Assembly: GCA_973895155.1 (NCBI GenBank)
Contig: OZ316894.1
Coordinates: 23,496,709 to 23,560,708, forward strand
Direction: 5' to 3'
DNA from: Marsupella aquatica
Taxonomy: Eukaryota > Plantae > Marchantiophyta
DNA length: 64,000 bases
Shown: one piece after another, positions 1-12,200 of the stretch
Position numbering within the stretch: the first letter of the stretch is position 1
Layout of the letters: each line of letters begins with the position of its first letter
Made by a program: the position numbers and the translations under genes
The notes under the pieces: model-generated
Databases searched by the model: none
Told to the model about the DNA's origin: nothing
Seen by the model: only the letters and a program-made list of their open reading frames with translations

Positions 1-220
1 TTACTTGAACTAGCCCACATGACCCGTTCCTTGAACATTGATAGATATGAATTGAAAATTTTGCACAATACAATTATATGCTATTTTGGTTAGTCCTTGT
101 CACATCTTTATTTTTTGTCCATCCTCATTCAGTTTGGTCTTTATTTGAAGTCAATGTCACTTTTGTCAATATTCATTAAAAAAAATTGACTTCATTGAAG
201 CTCATTATTAATTTTGTGTC

Positions 221-280
221 TATTGGAAATTATGGTCTAGAGGTTCACTCTAGACCTAGGCCCTTAAAAGTAGACCTCAG
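221..280. repeat. Dispersed repeat family copy; related copies in reverse orientation at ~17830-17880 and ~25610-25675
   Basis: ctagaggttcactctagacctaggcccttaaaagtag at 237-273 is the near reverse complement of ctacttttcaaggcctctggtctagagtgaaacctcta (~25625-25662) and of ggcctaggcttctagagtgaagcctcc (~17838-17862). Confidence 0.6.
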
Positions 281-821
281 TTGAGGCTTTTATAATAAGA
301 TTTAGAGCTTGATCTGAACTGGACCCAGTATATCATCACTCTTTCCAACAGGAGATACATCTATCTACAGTAGCTAAACGCTAGCAGATGCAGTTTGGCT
401 CTCTTTTTCTCATGGTCTGTCTAAGCAATGTCTCATTTTCTCATGGTCTGTTTATGCAATGTTGGGACTTATGCAATTTTGGTAGTTTTTCCTCCTGGTC
501 TGTTTACACACCATTGGGAAGTCTCTCTGGTTGTGTGGTTATGATGACATCATTTTCTAACCATGAGATGGGTTCAAAGATGTCAGTGTGCACCTCTCCC
601 GCTCTCAACCTGTTACTCTCCCAGCAGCTTGTATAGTCCTTGCAATGCAGCTGCCAACCTGACCGCAGTGCATGACAGCCTGGGAATCTCCTTATGCTCG
701 ACAACACTTTTGTTCAACATCAATTACTCTCTACAAGACATTGCAATAAAGGCATTGGACTAGTACCACTCTACTAAGCACATTAAACCATGCTTTTAAA
801 GGGGCCAAAGGCAATCATGTG

Positions 822-1826
822 GATTTACTTCCACATACTTCTGAACAAAGCTTGGGAATCAGTGTGATCCAAAGCTAAGATAAGGGCCTATGGTCTATAG
901 TGAACAGATGATGACTCTCAGGGGCACAGGTGCGGTTGGCGGTGGAAGGGCACCCAATAAGTCTTCCAATGGACTTCCCATTAGGAAGTTATCGCCGTTT
1001 CCGTTTGGCGTTTTCCTTTAATGTTGCGATCGCCGCAGCCCATGACTTTGGCTCGCCTTTAGCCCCCAGGGAGACACCACTCCCCTCATATATGCTTCTG
1101 GAGACCTGTCACCCCCGGACCTACTTTGGTCCCCAAATTTTGGCCCTCCACCTGGACCCCTACCTGCATATCTGGGCGCGCCACCAATTGGCTATGCCCA
1201 CAACTTTCTAGTTAAGCGTCCGTAAGTGGAGTGCCTTAGCTCATTGTGATCAGGCTGACCCAGTGCTCATGCCCAGGCTCTCAGATCCCGTTGTCGCCCG
1301 GGGCCCCCAATCGGCCAAACCTGGTTTGGGTCGTAACTCATGCCCCAAGTGTCCATTGCCCATGGAGTAAACTCCATTTGCCTTGGGCCTCAAGCCCTCA
1401 GAAGTCAAAGTTCGTCCGGGGCTCTGGACGATCAACCTTGAGACCGGCCCTTTCCCCTTAACCCGACCAGTCCTCAGCTAGTCTAAGTCCTTAGTGTGTG
1501 TCCCCAGCTTAGCGCCTTGCCTTTGCTAGTGTCACGCCCCATTGCTCACAAGTTTCCTCATGCTAAGTCCACCCCGGATGGCCGTTTCGGGCCTGGACCA
1601 TAGGGGAGCTTGGCGTCAGAGTCAGCGATGCTGGATCTAAGTGTTAAGGTAGTCAAGTTATGTAACTATTCACGTCCACACACTTGTGAACAAAGCTTGA
1701 GGCTAATATTCTATCAAATGAAATGTGATCCAAAGCTAAGATAAGGGCCTACGGTCTATAGTGAATCTCTAGAATCTCTAGATGATGACTCTCGGGGGCA
1801 CAGGTGTGGTTGGTGGTGGAAGGGCA
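822..1826. repeat. ~130-bp imperfect direct repeats (822-951 and 1668-1826) flanking a ~700-bp GC-richer segment, probably an LTR or other TE relic
   Basis: tgtgatccaaagctaagataagggccta(t/c)ggtctatagtgaa...gatgatgactctc(a/g)ggggcacaggtg(c/t)ggttgg(c/t)ggtggaagggca occurs at 863-951 and at 1723-1826. Confidence 0.7.
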
Positions 1827-3454
1827 TGATAGTATTCACCATCATGTATGAGCAAAGCTTGGGCATTCAAGCTAATAATTTTCTAAATTAGTTGCAAAAA
1901 TTAGTTATTAAGTACATGATCATTAGTTATTAACTACATGATCAGAGAGAGTTTGACCAAAGACTCAATGATCTTATACATGTAAATACCATGGTGTGAG
2001 ATAGGAATATACTAAAATCATGGCATACTTGTAAATACATATATTCTCTCTACTGAGCAACTCATCCTTCAATGTTTATCATGTAATTTCCCCGGTAATT
2101 TCCTATCTTCACAACTATAATGGTGGGGTATACTCTGTTTGTCATATTATTCCCGATCACCCTATTCTCACACATTGTTAAATATTGAGGTTCCAACACT
2201 CTCCTTCACTTCATTGAGTAACAATTGCTTACATTGTGTGATTTCCAAAGCTCAGTCCATGCCCATCCCCTCTCCCAAGCCCATCTACTCTCCCTAGCAT
2301 AGTCTAAATACAAAAAATGTTACCAGAGGAATTATGGCCTGTGGCTTTACTCAGGTTTACGGAGTGGGCCAGGAAGATGAGACTGTGATAGCAAAATATA
2401 GAATAGATTGAGAAATTGTAACTTAATCTAATTAAACCACATTTCAGTTACTATAGTGCTGCCAATTCCCTTTACAATATATACCTAGTGCATTTGCTCC
2501 ACAATGGAAACACATCGTAAATCTATGATTGAGGTCTGTCAAACTGAGAAGAAAAGAAAATAACTCAACAGGTCATTGACCAATTCCAAGTTGTCCTGGG
2601 CATTGACCAAGTAAAGGCTTGTTGAGGTCATAGATAGCTTTAGAGTGCAGAAGGCCTTATTGAGTAAATTGATTCAGAATATACGTACAACAGCCAGGTT
2701 GAGACTTTGAGCGAGCCACCTTGTTGTAGCTCCTCGGGGTGTCATGGCCTGACTAGTTTAGTGTTCCCCCATGCCGACTTGTCCAATACCTTCTCCACAC
2801 ACTGCCCTTGCTTGGGTGTGATGGGGCCTGTTTTCACTACTTTTTCCAACCCAAAAAAGTGGATGCCCATAAAGTACCTCCCCCTTAAATTTGGGGCTTC
2901 TCTCCATGTGTGGGCTCCATTCCAGCCACAACAAAACCCCAGAAAACATGGCTGCTTGTGTTCAATGCTTCCGTTTATTTTATGCTTTACTTACCAGCAT
3001 TTTTTTATCCACTACTGTAGTACTGAAAGCTAGCGTTCTGTAGCGGCTGACCAAATCTCTATAGGAAGGAATCTTTCTACAGTGAGAAAAATATATATAT
3101 TGGGGGCAGTCAGTTTACAGCTAATTCTGTAGGACTCTAGGGAGAAGTTCCTTTGGAAGGTGCATTATTTTGCGCAGCAACTAATGACTACCGTAGTGGC
3201 TATCGTGGATGTCAATTAATTACGATCCGTTGCTTCTGCCGCAGCAGAGAGCCAGAGACACTAGTTTATAGCCAAACGTTTTATTTATCTTTTTTGTCGC
3301 GAATCGATCCGTTGAACTGATGAATAGAAACGACCTACTGTAGCTTCCACAGATCCACTTTTTCTGACTTAGTTTCCAAATTACAGCAGAGAGTCTAAAA
3401 ATGGAAGTGAAGGTTTGGATTGACATTACTGCTTTGAATAGACACAGAAACTTT

Positions 3455-3590
3455 AGGGTGTCATGATGCTCTCAGAATCTTACAGTGTCATGATATGTAA
3501 GTGTAAGAGGTTATGCACATGGTAAGCATGGCAACTTAAAACTCCTTGGGACTTGGGTTGAGTGAGAACAAAGGCCTATGCATGAAGAGA
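3455..3590 (+). repeat. Dispersed repeat shared with ~37290-37410
   Basis: gtgtcatgatgctctcagaatcttacag...gtgtaagaggttatgcacatgg...aacaaaggcctatgcatga aligns with gtgtcacaatactcttggagccttacag...gtgtaagaggtcatatacatga...aacaaaggcctttgcatgg. Confidence 0.6.
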
Positions 3591-6328
3591 ATAGGGAGGA
3601 ATCCACTGAAGACCATGTTCCTTAACATCCATATATCAAGCCCAGAAACTTGTCAAACAAGGTGGTCCACGGGAGATTCAATTTCAAAATTTATACCATG
3701 AAGGCAAAACTCATAGTAAACGAAGGAGCAGGCCCACGTTGCAGGATATTTCAATTTTACCTAGGTGATAATAATAGGTTTGAATTGATTATGAGTGCAG
3801 ACGTGGCTGCTGTATGATCTTGGGTGCATTTATATACGTGGCTGGGTACGTGCTTTTGAAGTTTCGTAAAGTCTTGGGCTCTAGGCTGGTGATCCATTTA
3901 CATAGATTGTAAACTGAGTCAATCTGTTGGCGAGAGCAGTTGGGTGGAGTACTTTAAGTCTTGGGCAGGTCGATGGGACAACTGCAAAGAACAGCTTTAC
4001 CTCCATGTTAGCTAGGGTCTCCCTCCCACATCTACAGTAGATCTGTTTTTTCCCTTTTAAGGGGAAGAAAAGGAGCTCTAAGCCTAGATGAGATACCTTT
4101 CTCAAACCTTGTGCTCACATGGTAGCTTTAGAAATTGTTGAGGTGTTCTTAAGCTCAGATAGTACCTTTGAAAATGTGCCTTTAACTAGGATGAGGTGGA
4201 TTTTATGTAAAATCCCTCAACTCACAGAGCATTTAGGATTCCATTGGACTGAGATTTGGATGGAGATTCCATCTGAGCTTATGGCTTCCAAGGAAACGAA
4301 TGCCTGGCCCCTTTTTCTTATTGTTTTCCCTTGGAGGGTATCCCAATGAGATTGATGTTAAAGCTGACTTCGACTTGAAGTCCTCATAGTAGGGCACCTT
4401 GATAGTTCCCTTGGAGGAACCTATGATTATTTTCAGTTCATGAGAGTCTCTTAGGGCAGTCAAGCATGTAAATGGCCTAGCAACAGCAATCCGATTTGTC
4501 AAACATGGCAGCAACAAAGAAGGCTATGTTTAGTCATCATTGATCCTGCACTGAATATTTGGAGGACAGTAGTGTGAATTTCTGTGAAGCAGAAATGTCC
4601 TAGCTGATGTTTGAACCACAGGGGAATCTTGTATACAATTTCTCTCACAGTATGGCCACAAAAGACATATTAAGATCAATAGGAAGATTTGTAGCATGAG
4701 TTGCAGGGTGAGTTGCACCTAAACCCTTCGTTGCTTTCCATAAAAGCAAGCAAAAAATAGTATTGCACTAGTTAATTTTGTTTATTCATGTGAGTTGTGT
4801 GGGATAAATTATTAAGTGGTTCCCTCCTCCACTGAAAAACAAGTGGTACCACAACATCCACAGACAACATGGCCGGAACCACAACTCCTCCAAAAGGATC
4901 ACATGGTGGCAACAATAACCCACGTGAAACAACCCCGGAAACAACAATTGACTTCCACATCCACAGCTCTAGTGACAGCGTAGGAACTATGACAACCGGC
5001 AATGATAACTATGGGACATTAAGACATTCTGAAAAGTTCACCTTTGAGGAATTAAATTTCCTTTCCTCAATGACTTCCGTGCCTAGATGACACTTCTGAG
5101 TGTGCCTGAATGTCTTCTTTGTCTCTAAGACACAATTGACACAATGACACATAAAATAACTCAACAGCTTGCCTATCTCATGTGCATTTGTCTCATGATT
5201 GCAAATATTTCATGTTTATCTCATGTGCATTTTTGTCTTATCTAAGTATTCTAGATAGAGAGGAGGATCATTGGGTTCAATATTATATGAACATTAAAAT
5301 AACAGTGCTTAAATATGGTCTGGCAAAAGTAGTCCTATGTTACGTACATGTGTCACAACACAAACAACAAAACCATTTAATTCTAATTTGTAAGAAAAGG
5401 GGGCTTACATTAATGTACTCATTGATGCCCACACCATAGGGAGCTACTCCCGGTTTGGATTTGTCGGACAAATACGGCCATTTGGGGCAACAAATGACAT
5501 ATGCCGCCCCGGTCGATCCCGGCAGGAGGGTGTGTCGGGGGATTGGTTGGGGGAGCGGCAGGGGGTCGGGCCGGCCGGGAGTCGGGCCGGGGGGGGGCGG
5601 AGGCTGCTGCCTTCGAGAGCCGGGCCAGGAAGGGACTGCTGGGCCGGGCCGGGAGGGGTCAGGGGGTTGGGCCGGCCAGGAGTCGGGGGGAGGGCTGGTT
5701 GGGGGGGGCTGTTGCCTTCAAGAGCCGGGCTGGGAAGAGGCAGCCGGGCTGGGAAAGGGCCAGGAGGGTTCGGGAAAGTCTGGGACCTGGCCGGGAGAGG
5801 GTGGGAGAGTTCAGGACTGGGCCGGGGATGGTTCAGGAATTTTTGGTCCCAGCCGGGTGTGACGCCGTCGGTACGACAGGTAATGAGTAAATTCGGTCTA
5901 ACCGCGCTTAGCACGCGCGGGGTATCTTAGGCCGTTATTATTAGCATAATGACAGTATTTAGGTAGACATTATGAGTAGGAAATCATTAGTCAATAAGGG
6001 GAATTCATGTTCGGGCTGGCGGCGGATCGCCATTTGCACGCCCGGGTTGCAAGCGTGCAATGGGCCCTTTTCCCCCCTCCCTCGGGTCCGTATAACGAAC
6101 TCCGGGAGGCGGCCACTGACACGAGCTGACCCGGACTGGAGAAGGGGCGGGTACACTGCGAGCGTGAAAGGCTCGACCTATAATCGACGAGGAGGCGTCG
6201 GGCGATCGACGAGCTCTCAGGGTATAAAAGGGAGCCGATCCTTTGCAGTGCACCAAGCTCTCCAGTCCACACACCAGCTTCGATCCTAGCTCTCTCGCTT
6301 TTCCTTAGTCACCTACTATCTCCTTTGA

Positions 6329-9203
6329 ATGTCGCACATGATCCTTTCCAGTTCGGCCATACGATTCTAGACTCAGTTCCTGTCTATCGGAGGGCACTTG
6401 GCCGACTCATTGAAACACGCCAATCCGCGCCGATATGAGATCGAACGCGAATACGAGAGAGCTATCCACCTAGCAGGCCGCCACCACTATCTCCTTAACT
6501 TTGAGTACCCGTCCCAGAGCGAGCTTTACCGACCCAAAGAGGTATTAGGGTACTTCTTCGACGGAGGCAAATACATCGGCTTCTGGGAGGCACTGCTTTG
6601 GCTTCCGGATGAGGTCTTCAATATTCCGGGCACGATTGACTTACAGCGGCATCACTTCGATCACATCCCCGCTCGGGTCCGGGCTATCATCAACGGTGAA
6701 TTCAACACTACCCGGTCGACAGGACCATCTTCACTTGCGTCAAAAAATCTCCACCAGCACTTGCAGAACTTCATGGCAACTCTACCATCAACGACCAGTG
6801 CCGGCCAAACCATGCCCGTACCCGCACTTGCACCTCCTCGGCCTCAGCCAAGCCGGTCCCCGCCACCAGTTCCACCACCTCTCCAAGTACGATCCGTGGT
6901 GAATGCGGTACATATCAGCTCCGAAGACGAGGAGGCTCACCCTCCTCTGAATTGACGACCGCGGGGTACGAACAACCCCGCACCACCCCAGCAAGCCCGA
7001 GGGGACAACACGGTAACGCTAGCGGCTGCGGCACCAATACTCACGGCAATTGCGCTACCACCACCTGACCGAGAGGATGGAGAGATGTCCCCTTCTTCTA
7101 GTCACCCCGGGAATCAGTCTCGGGGTAGGAAGAGGAAGGAGCCCGCAGCCGTATCCGGGTTGCCTTTGGCCATGGTTGCAGTAGCCAAGCTGACCATGCA
7201 TCACATGGGGGACAACGTTCCTCAGGGGGTTAACTTAGTGTATATTTTGGGGTACCACGTGCGATCCTAGCCTAATATAAACACACCTATTTTATAATGG
7301 GAATATTCCAAAAACATTCTTTATTTTCAATATGAATGACCTATTTTACTTTATAAAAGGTATATATTAGAGAATATTCTATAAATATTGGTTTATAATA
7401 CCTTCTTTTGCTTCCTATGCTTTTTTAAAATTTAGCTAATTTCTATGAAAAATACCTATTTTGGATCGCACGTGGTTCCTAAGATTTTTGATAGTCAACC
7501 CCCCGAGCAACGTTCACAAGAACATCCTCCACCCCAAGCATGCATGCTATCTGAAGACCCAGGGGTTTTAGCACCTCGCCTCTCTCCCTTGGAACGGAAG
7601 CAAGTATTACGGACAGGATATATCGGAGTTCATTCAGAACTTCGACGAGGCCCGTCAACAAACCCGAGTGCATGAGAGAGTGATGTGTCTCGATGAGGCA
7701 CGTCTGAAGATGATTTTTGGCCTACCCGAGGGAATAAACCGGGTAGAGTCGCGGGCTCCTGGGGGCAAGGGAGCTAAATACCAGTCATCTAGCTTCCCGG
7801 GCGAAGGGGTAGTGGACAATGGGTTCTTAATGAGGACGTGCCTCATCCCGGAGGTAGCAGAATGCCTAGAGTTCCAGCGGTATGCCCTCCACATGATGGA
7901 ACCTAGAGGAGAAATATCGGCTACTCAGGTTATCCAGGTGGAGAACTATCGGCCCAGGAAGTGGGCGTCCTTCTTCATCAAGAAGTTCCATGAGGAGATG
8001 AAGCGAAGAAGGAAGACTTTGTACCTTGGTGGGAGGGCGTACTTCGCTAGCCACGTCGAAATCATCCTCGAGTGGTACGCTCATTTCGACCGCGGGAGCC
8101 TCCCGCGTCTCAATGAGCTTTAGCTGACCCCGCCAAAATGGGTGTTCCCAGCCCAGGTAAGGCGACCGCAGCCCAAAGCCCGGAGCCTGGCTGCTGCAAG
8201 TCCTGCTACCCCGGCCCCGCAACCCGCCGCTGCCGCCCCGCCGGGCATACCCATTGACGTTATCGCGACCTTAGACGCGATCAATCGGGACAATGCCATC
8301 GAAGCCATACCCGAAGCAGATATCACGGTGGTCGGGGAGATTCCGCCACCCCCTACGGTGGTGCAGGAGAACCACCCACCTCCAGTGGAACCAGCCCCTT
8401 CGACCAACTTACCTCAAGGGCTGGATGTGTCCACTCCTACTCCCGCACGGGTTGGAGTCTGTCCGTGCCCAAATCCAGAGGGACACAGTCTAGACCATCC
8501 GGAACTCTTTGCGCCGGGCACTTTTCTGAACGGGTTGTTGGGAGATTTCTCGCAACAAATCTCTCGGGACACCGGGGAATACATGGCCCGGAGGGTGGCC
8601 TACTTCTTCAACCAGGAGTTGGTTGCAGCAGTAAGGGTAGGGCATGCGTAGGCAGAGACTGCGCAGAGAATAGAGGGATATCGGGTTGAGTTTGCCTACC
8701 TGAAGGACGAAGTGGCAACCTTGGAGGCTGAACTCCAGCAACTACGGCCTCAGGTAACGGCCACGGAGGACCAGGTCGCCGAGGCTAGAGCCCAAGCAGC
8801 GTTGGCAGTACAGGCCGGGCTCGAAAAGGACGCCGAGATTGCGCGGCTCCGAACCAAGATTGACAGTTTGCAAGGGCAAGCCGTCAGTTGGCAAAAGGAT
8901 CTGGAGGAAGCTGATTCCAGGTCTCAACGGGACACAACCGAGATTGACCCCCTGAAGGTAGAGGTGGCACGGCTTCAAGAAGAAGCCACTAAACAGGCCC
9001 AGTTGGTGGACAAGCTGACGAGCGACACCCAACAACTGGAGGAGGCATGCCAGGAGGCCGCCGAAGAGGCAGACGCGGCAAAGCGGGAAAACGAATCTCT
9101 GTTGGACCAGGTCTAGCTACTCAAGCAGAACGCCGACAGACTCAGAAGGCAACGGGATAGCCGCTCCCACTCAGGCGGTTCTGGCAAGCGTGCCAGACAT
9201 TAG
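6329..9203 (+). pseudogene. Decayed ~845-codon retroelement accessory ORF (Pro-rich linkers, a central domain, C-terminal coiled coil)
   Basis: Track ORFs 6398-6955, 7085-7226, 7668-8123, 8142-8651 and 8712-9116 fall in one reading frame from ATG 6329 to TAG 9203 once the 7227-7560 insertion and one TSD copy are removed. Six internal stops are all TAG or TGA, derivable from CAG/CGA. Central motif HLASLPW...DISEFIQNFD...MIFGLPEG; heptad-rich C-terminus with a basic tail GKRARH. Confidence 0.75.
7227..7560. mobile_element. 334-bp AT-rich MITE-like insertion inside the decayed ORF
   Basis: Abrupt AT-rich block with GGGT...ACCC termini and a 3-bp duplication AGG (7224-7226, 7561-7563); removing it restores the host reading frame exactly. 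Confidence 0.7.
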
Positions 9204-12200
9204 CAGCAGAGTAGGATTAGAGTAGAGTTAGGAATAGCTCAATTAGGCTATAGGGACAAGCACCTGCCCTAGTTAGAGCAGCACTGCCATGCTATACAAT
9301 CGGCGTAGATTAGGATCTTCTAATAAGACAAGCCGTTTTCCGGCCTGACAGCCAGCTTAGTTAGGACCTTAGTTAGCAAATCTTTGGGCGCGAGGGCACT
9401 TCGTTCCTCGGCCCTTAGTATTTAGTGCACCCCTCAGTAGAGGCAGGGGGTTTTAGTCTCAGTGTTGGACATCCGCGGTATGTGCGGGGAGTCCCGACCT
9501 CTGGGAGTGAAAGAGTACCGAGGGGAGGGTGTGGGACTAAGCTCGTTGGGCGAGCGCGGAGCCGGGCTCCGTTGTAGTGTACACCCTCGGCCTTGGACCT
9601 GTTCATTCCCGAGCTTTCGGGTCAACTAAGTGTACGCATATGTCTCCTATGTAGTAAAATCCTTCCCCATTATTTCCTTCGTGTAAATCAAGATTGTATG
9701 CTTGCGTGTGTATGTATGTGTGAATCTCGTGTATAGGTGCCAACGCTTGGCCGAACGCACTACCCAAGTCGGGCACGGGGTGCAGCTTGCGGGTAGTGGT
9801 TGCGAGCCTAGGTTGAGTTCCTATATCATTGAATCCGGATCGAAGGCGGACAACACAAAGGCTTAGAAGCCCGTAAGCCGGGGTCGATCCTGCTATCGAC
9901 TGAGGTACGTTCCGGCGGCGGAACACAAACCATACCTAGGAGGTGCCCGTATATGACAATAGGCGCACTTAGCGCTAGTTTACGTGAGTTAGGTGCATTC
10001 CGTGCATCCCTCCCTGCCCGAACCCTCATTTTGATGAAGGATGTGCCTGTCTAAGCCGAAGCCCGGTTAAGGCCTAGGCTGATGACGTGACACCAGGGAA
10101 TGTAAGGGAATATTGGACAAATAGACCATTTTTGAGCGGACAAGTTATCATTTGTCGTGTTGGACAAGTAGACATCTTGTCCGACAGTGAATACCTGGGA
10201 GCTACTGTAGTGTATTGTTGCGCTTTGATACAATTTAAATGTAAAATTTTACTGAAAAGGGCCAAACAAATTACATTGGAGTAAAACCAAAGCAAGTAAA
10301 GAGAGAAGACAGACACCAAACTTAAAATAAATTGGCAAATGGAATCTCAAAAACCTAAATTAGGGTTTCTCAAAGCTTCAAGTTTGATGAACCTTAACCT
10401 AGTAATTAAGATTAGTGACAGAAAAGTCATGGAGTATCAAATTCATAATCTCAAGTCATGGACTTTCAAAATGTCATGAACATAAGTCACTCTAAAGGCT
10501 ACTGAAAAAACCAAAAAACAATCGCATAACATTTTGAAAAAGTTATGGCCATAATTTGCTTATGGCCAGAAGCCATTGTCCTCAACTTTGAAGCTTTGAG
10601 ATGCCAGATTAGTTCTTGGATACCTTACTTATGTATGCTCTACTTCTTGTATGGAAGCTGATAATGCTCCCCTTCTTTTTAGTTTTAAAAACAATGTAGA
10701 CATGCAAAGTCGAAGTTAAAGCCCCGATGGACTTGCATGTTGTTCATGAAGCTCTCATGGATAAACCAAACCTGCATGGACTGGATCAAAACATAAAAGT
10801 GTGCTTGGTCATTGCTATTTACATTTCTGTCCATAAAGTAGAGTGTCACTAACCAAATCGTCACTTCCTTCGCTAAATTTTCTCTGTCACTAACTCTGTC
10901 ACCACTCATGTCCTAAAACTATGTTGGTGGCCATAGCACTTTTTTATTGAGAGCTTCACTGCTTTCTCCCAATACTCTTCCCCTCACATAATTACTCTAC
11001 CTATTTTTAAGAGTTTAATAAAAAAGATAATATGTAAACTACATTTAATTTGGTTCGTATATAAAGACCTTATAAAGTTTCATCTATTCAAAGTAGATAA
11101 AACCTTGAATAGATTGAGTGCTTCACATTTTATTTATACCGCCTTAAGTAGTTTGCCCAATGGAAAAAGCAAATAAACTTAATTTACTCAAAAACATGGT
11201 TTAATATTCATAAGCCGCAAAGGGGGGAAGCAAGCAGCACAATGACTCATGAGCCAAGGAGGCCAGGTGGTGCCCAAATAAGCTCAATTGTCACAAATGG
11301 ATTACAATTTTTCTACACACTTTCTCGAGATTGTAGGGCATGAATACTTTCCGGAATGATTATACAACTTCCAAAAATGTTGGTACAAATTTTTTTTTAT
11401 AGAGCATTGCTTGTTATCGGAAATGTAGTCATTTTTCCCTCGGGGGCCCATGTCACGGGTGGATTTTACAAGTAATAAACACCCTAAAACTTAAGAAAAT
11501 AAAGTTGATTTTTACTATACTTTTTACCCCTAACTTTATGGAATATTCTTGAATATTCTCACTTTTGATATTAAAAAACCCTATAACTCATATAACTCTT
11601 AAAATTTGATTTAAACACCCCTATATTTCTTCATCAAAATTGTAAAGTCTTCTGCGCATGTGAATTAAAAAACCCTAAGTTCTTTGCACCCAATGGGTCG
11701 GAAGAAAAGAAGTGAGGACCCAAGATTTTTCCATTGCAAAGCTAAAAGAAATTTTAATGTACATGAGCGTGGTTGTGGAATACTATTTTCAGAGACCATT
11801 GCTCTTGCTATAATTTTTTTTTACTAATTTTGTTATTATAGAGCTACTTAAGATTTTACTTTTGGGGAGTATTGTTGATGGATTATATTTTTCAAAGAGC
11901 AATGCTCTTGTCATAAAGAGCGTTTTGTTTTGCTGCAGAACTATCAAAATTCATGTTGTTTATGCGGTGTTGCTCTTGTTACAAGGAGCGCTTCAAGTAC
12001 TTTACCGCTATGAAAGCTACAAGAAATGTTAAATGTGCATCTTCACTCTCTATTCCATATACATTCTTAATTTTAGTTTTTGGTATTTTGTTCTTACCAT
12101 GACAAAATTTGGTGCATATTATGTTTTTACCGTGAGAGAAATGTAGGTGGTCAATTAATGACAGAATATACCATCCATTTGCATTTAAACTATATCATGA

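Larger units (their letters stand above)
5858..10092 (+). mobile_element. 4.2-kb solo-LTR-like unit with Gypsy-type termini, containing a promoter and a long decayed ORF
   Basis: Starts TGTGACG (5858) and ends CGTGACA (10092), with a 5-bp near-duplication CCGGG (5853-5857) / CCAGG (10093-10097). TATA box ggtataaaag at ~6222-6230. No second LTR copy and no gag/pol motifs seen inside. Confidence 0.7.
5447..10201. mobile_element. Non-autonomous TIR DNA transposon (MITE-like, ~515 bp: 5447-5857 plus 10098-10201), split by an LTR-type insertion
   Basis: Left end ctcccggtttggatttgtcggacaaa resembles the reverse complement of the right end (ctcccaggtattcactgtcggacaag). CTA flanks both ends (5444-5446, 10202-10204); an alternative reading is a 10-bp duplication GGGAGCTACT at 5439-5448 and 10197-10206. 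The interior is G-rich with repeats such as gctg(c/t)tgccttc(g/a)agagccgggc. Confidence 0.65.

Noticed and set aside
3880-4720. Possible LINE ORF1 remnant on the minus strand (IPLWF and Cys/His-like patches)
   Set aside because: Too degenerate to support without a profile search
5444-5930. Four overlapping Gly/Pro/Arg-rich ORFs of 129-156 aa
   Set aside because: By-product of the stop-poor, G-rich repeat interior of a TIR element; no protein-family signal
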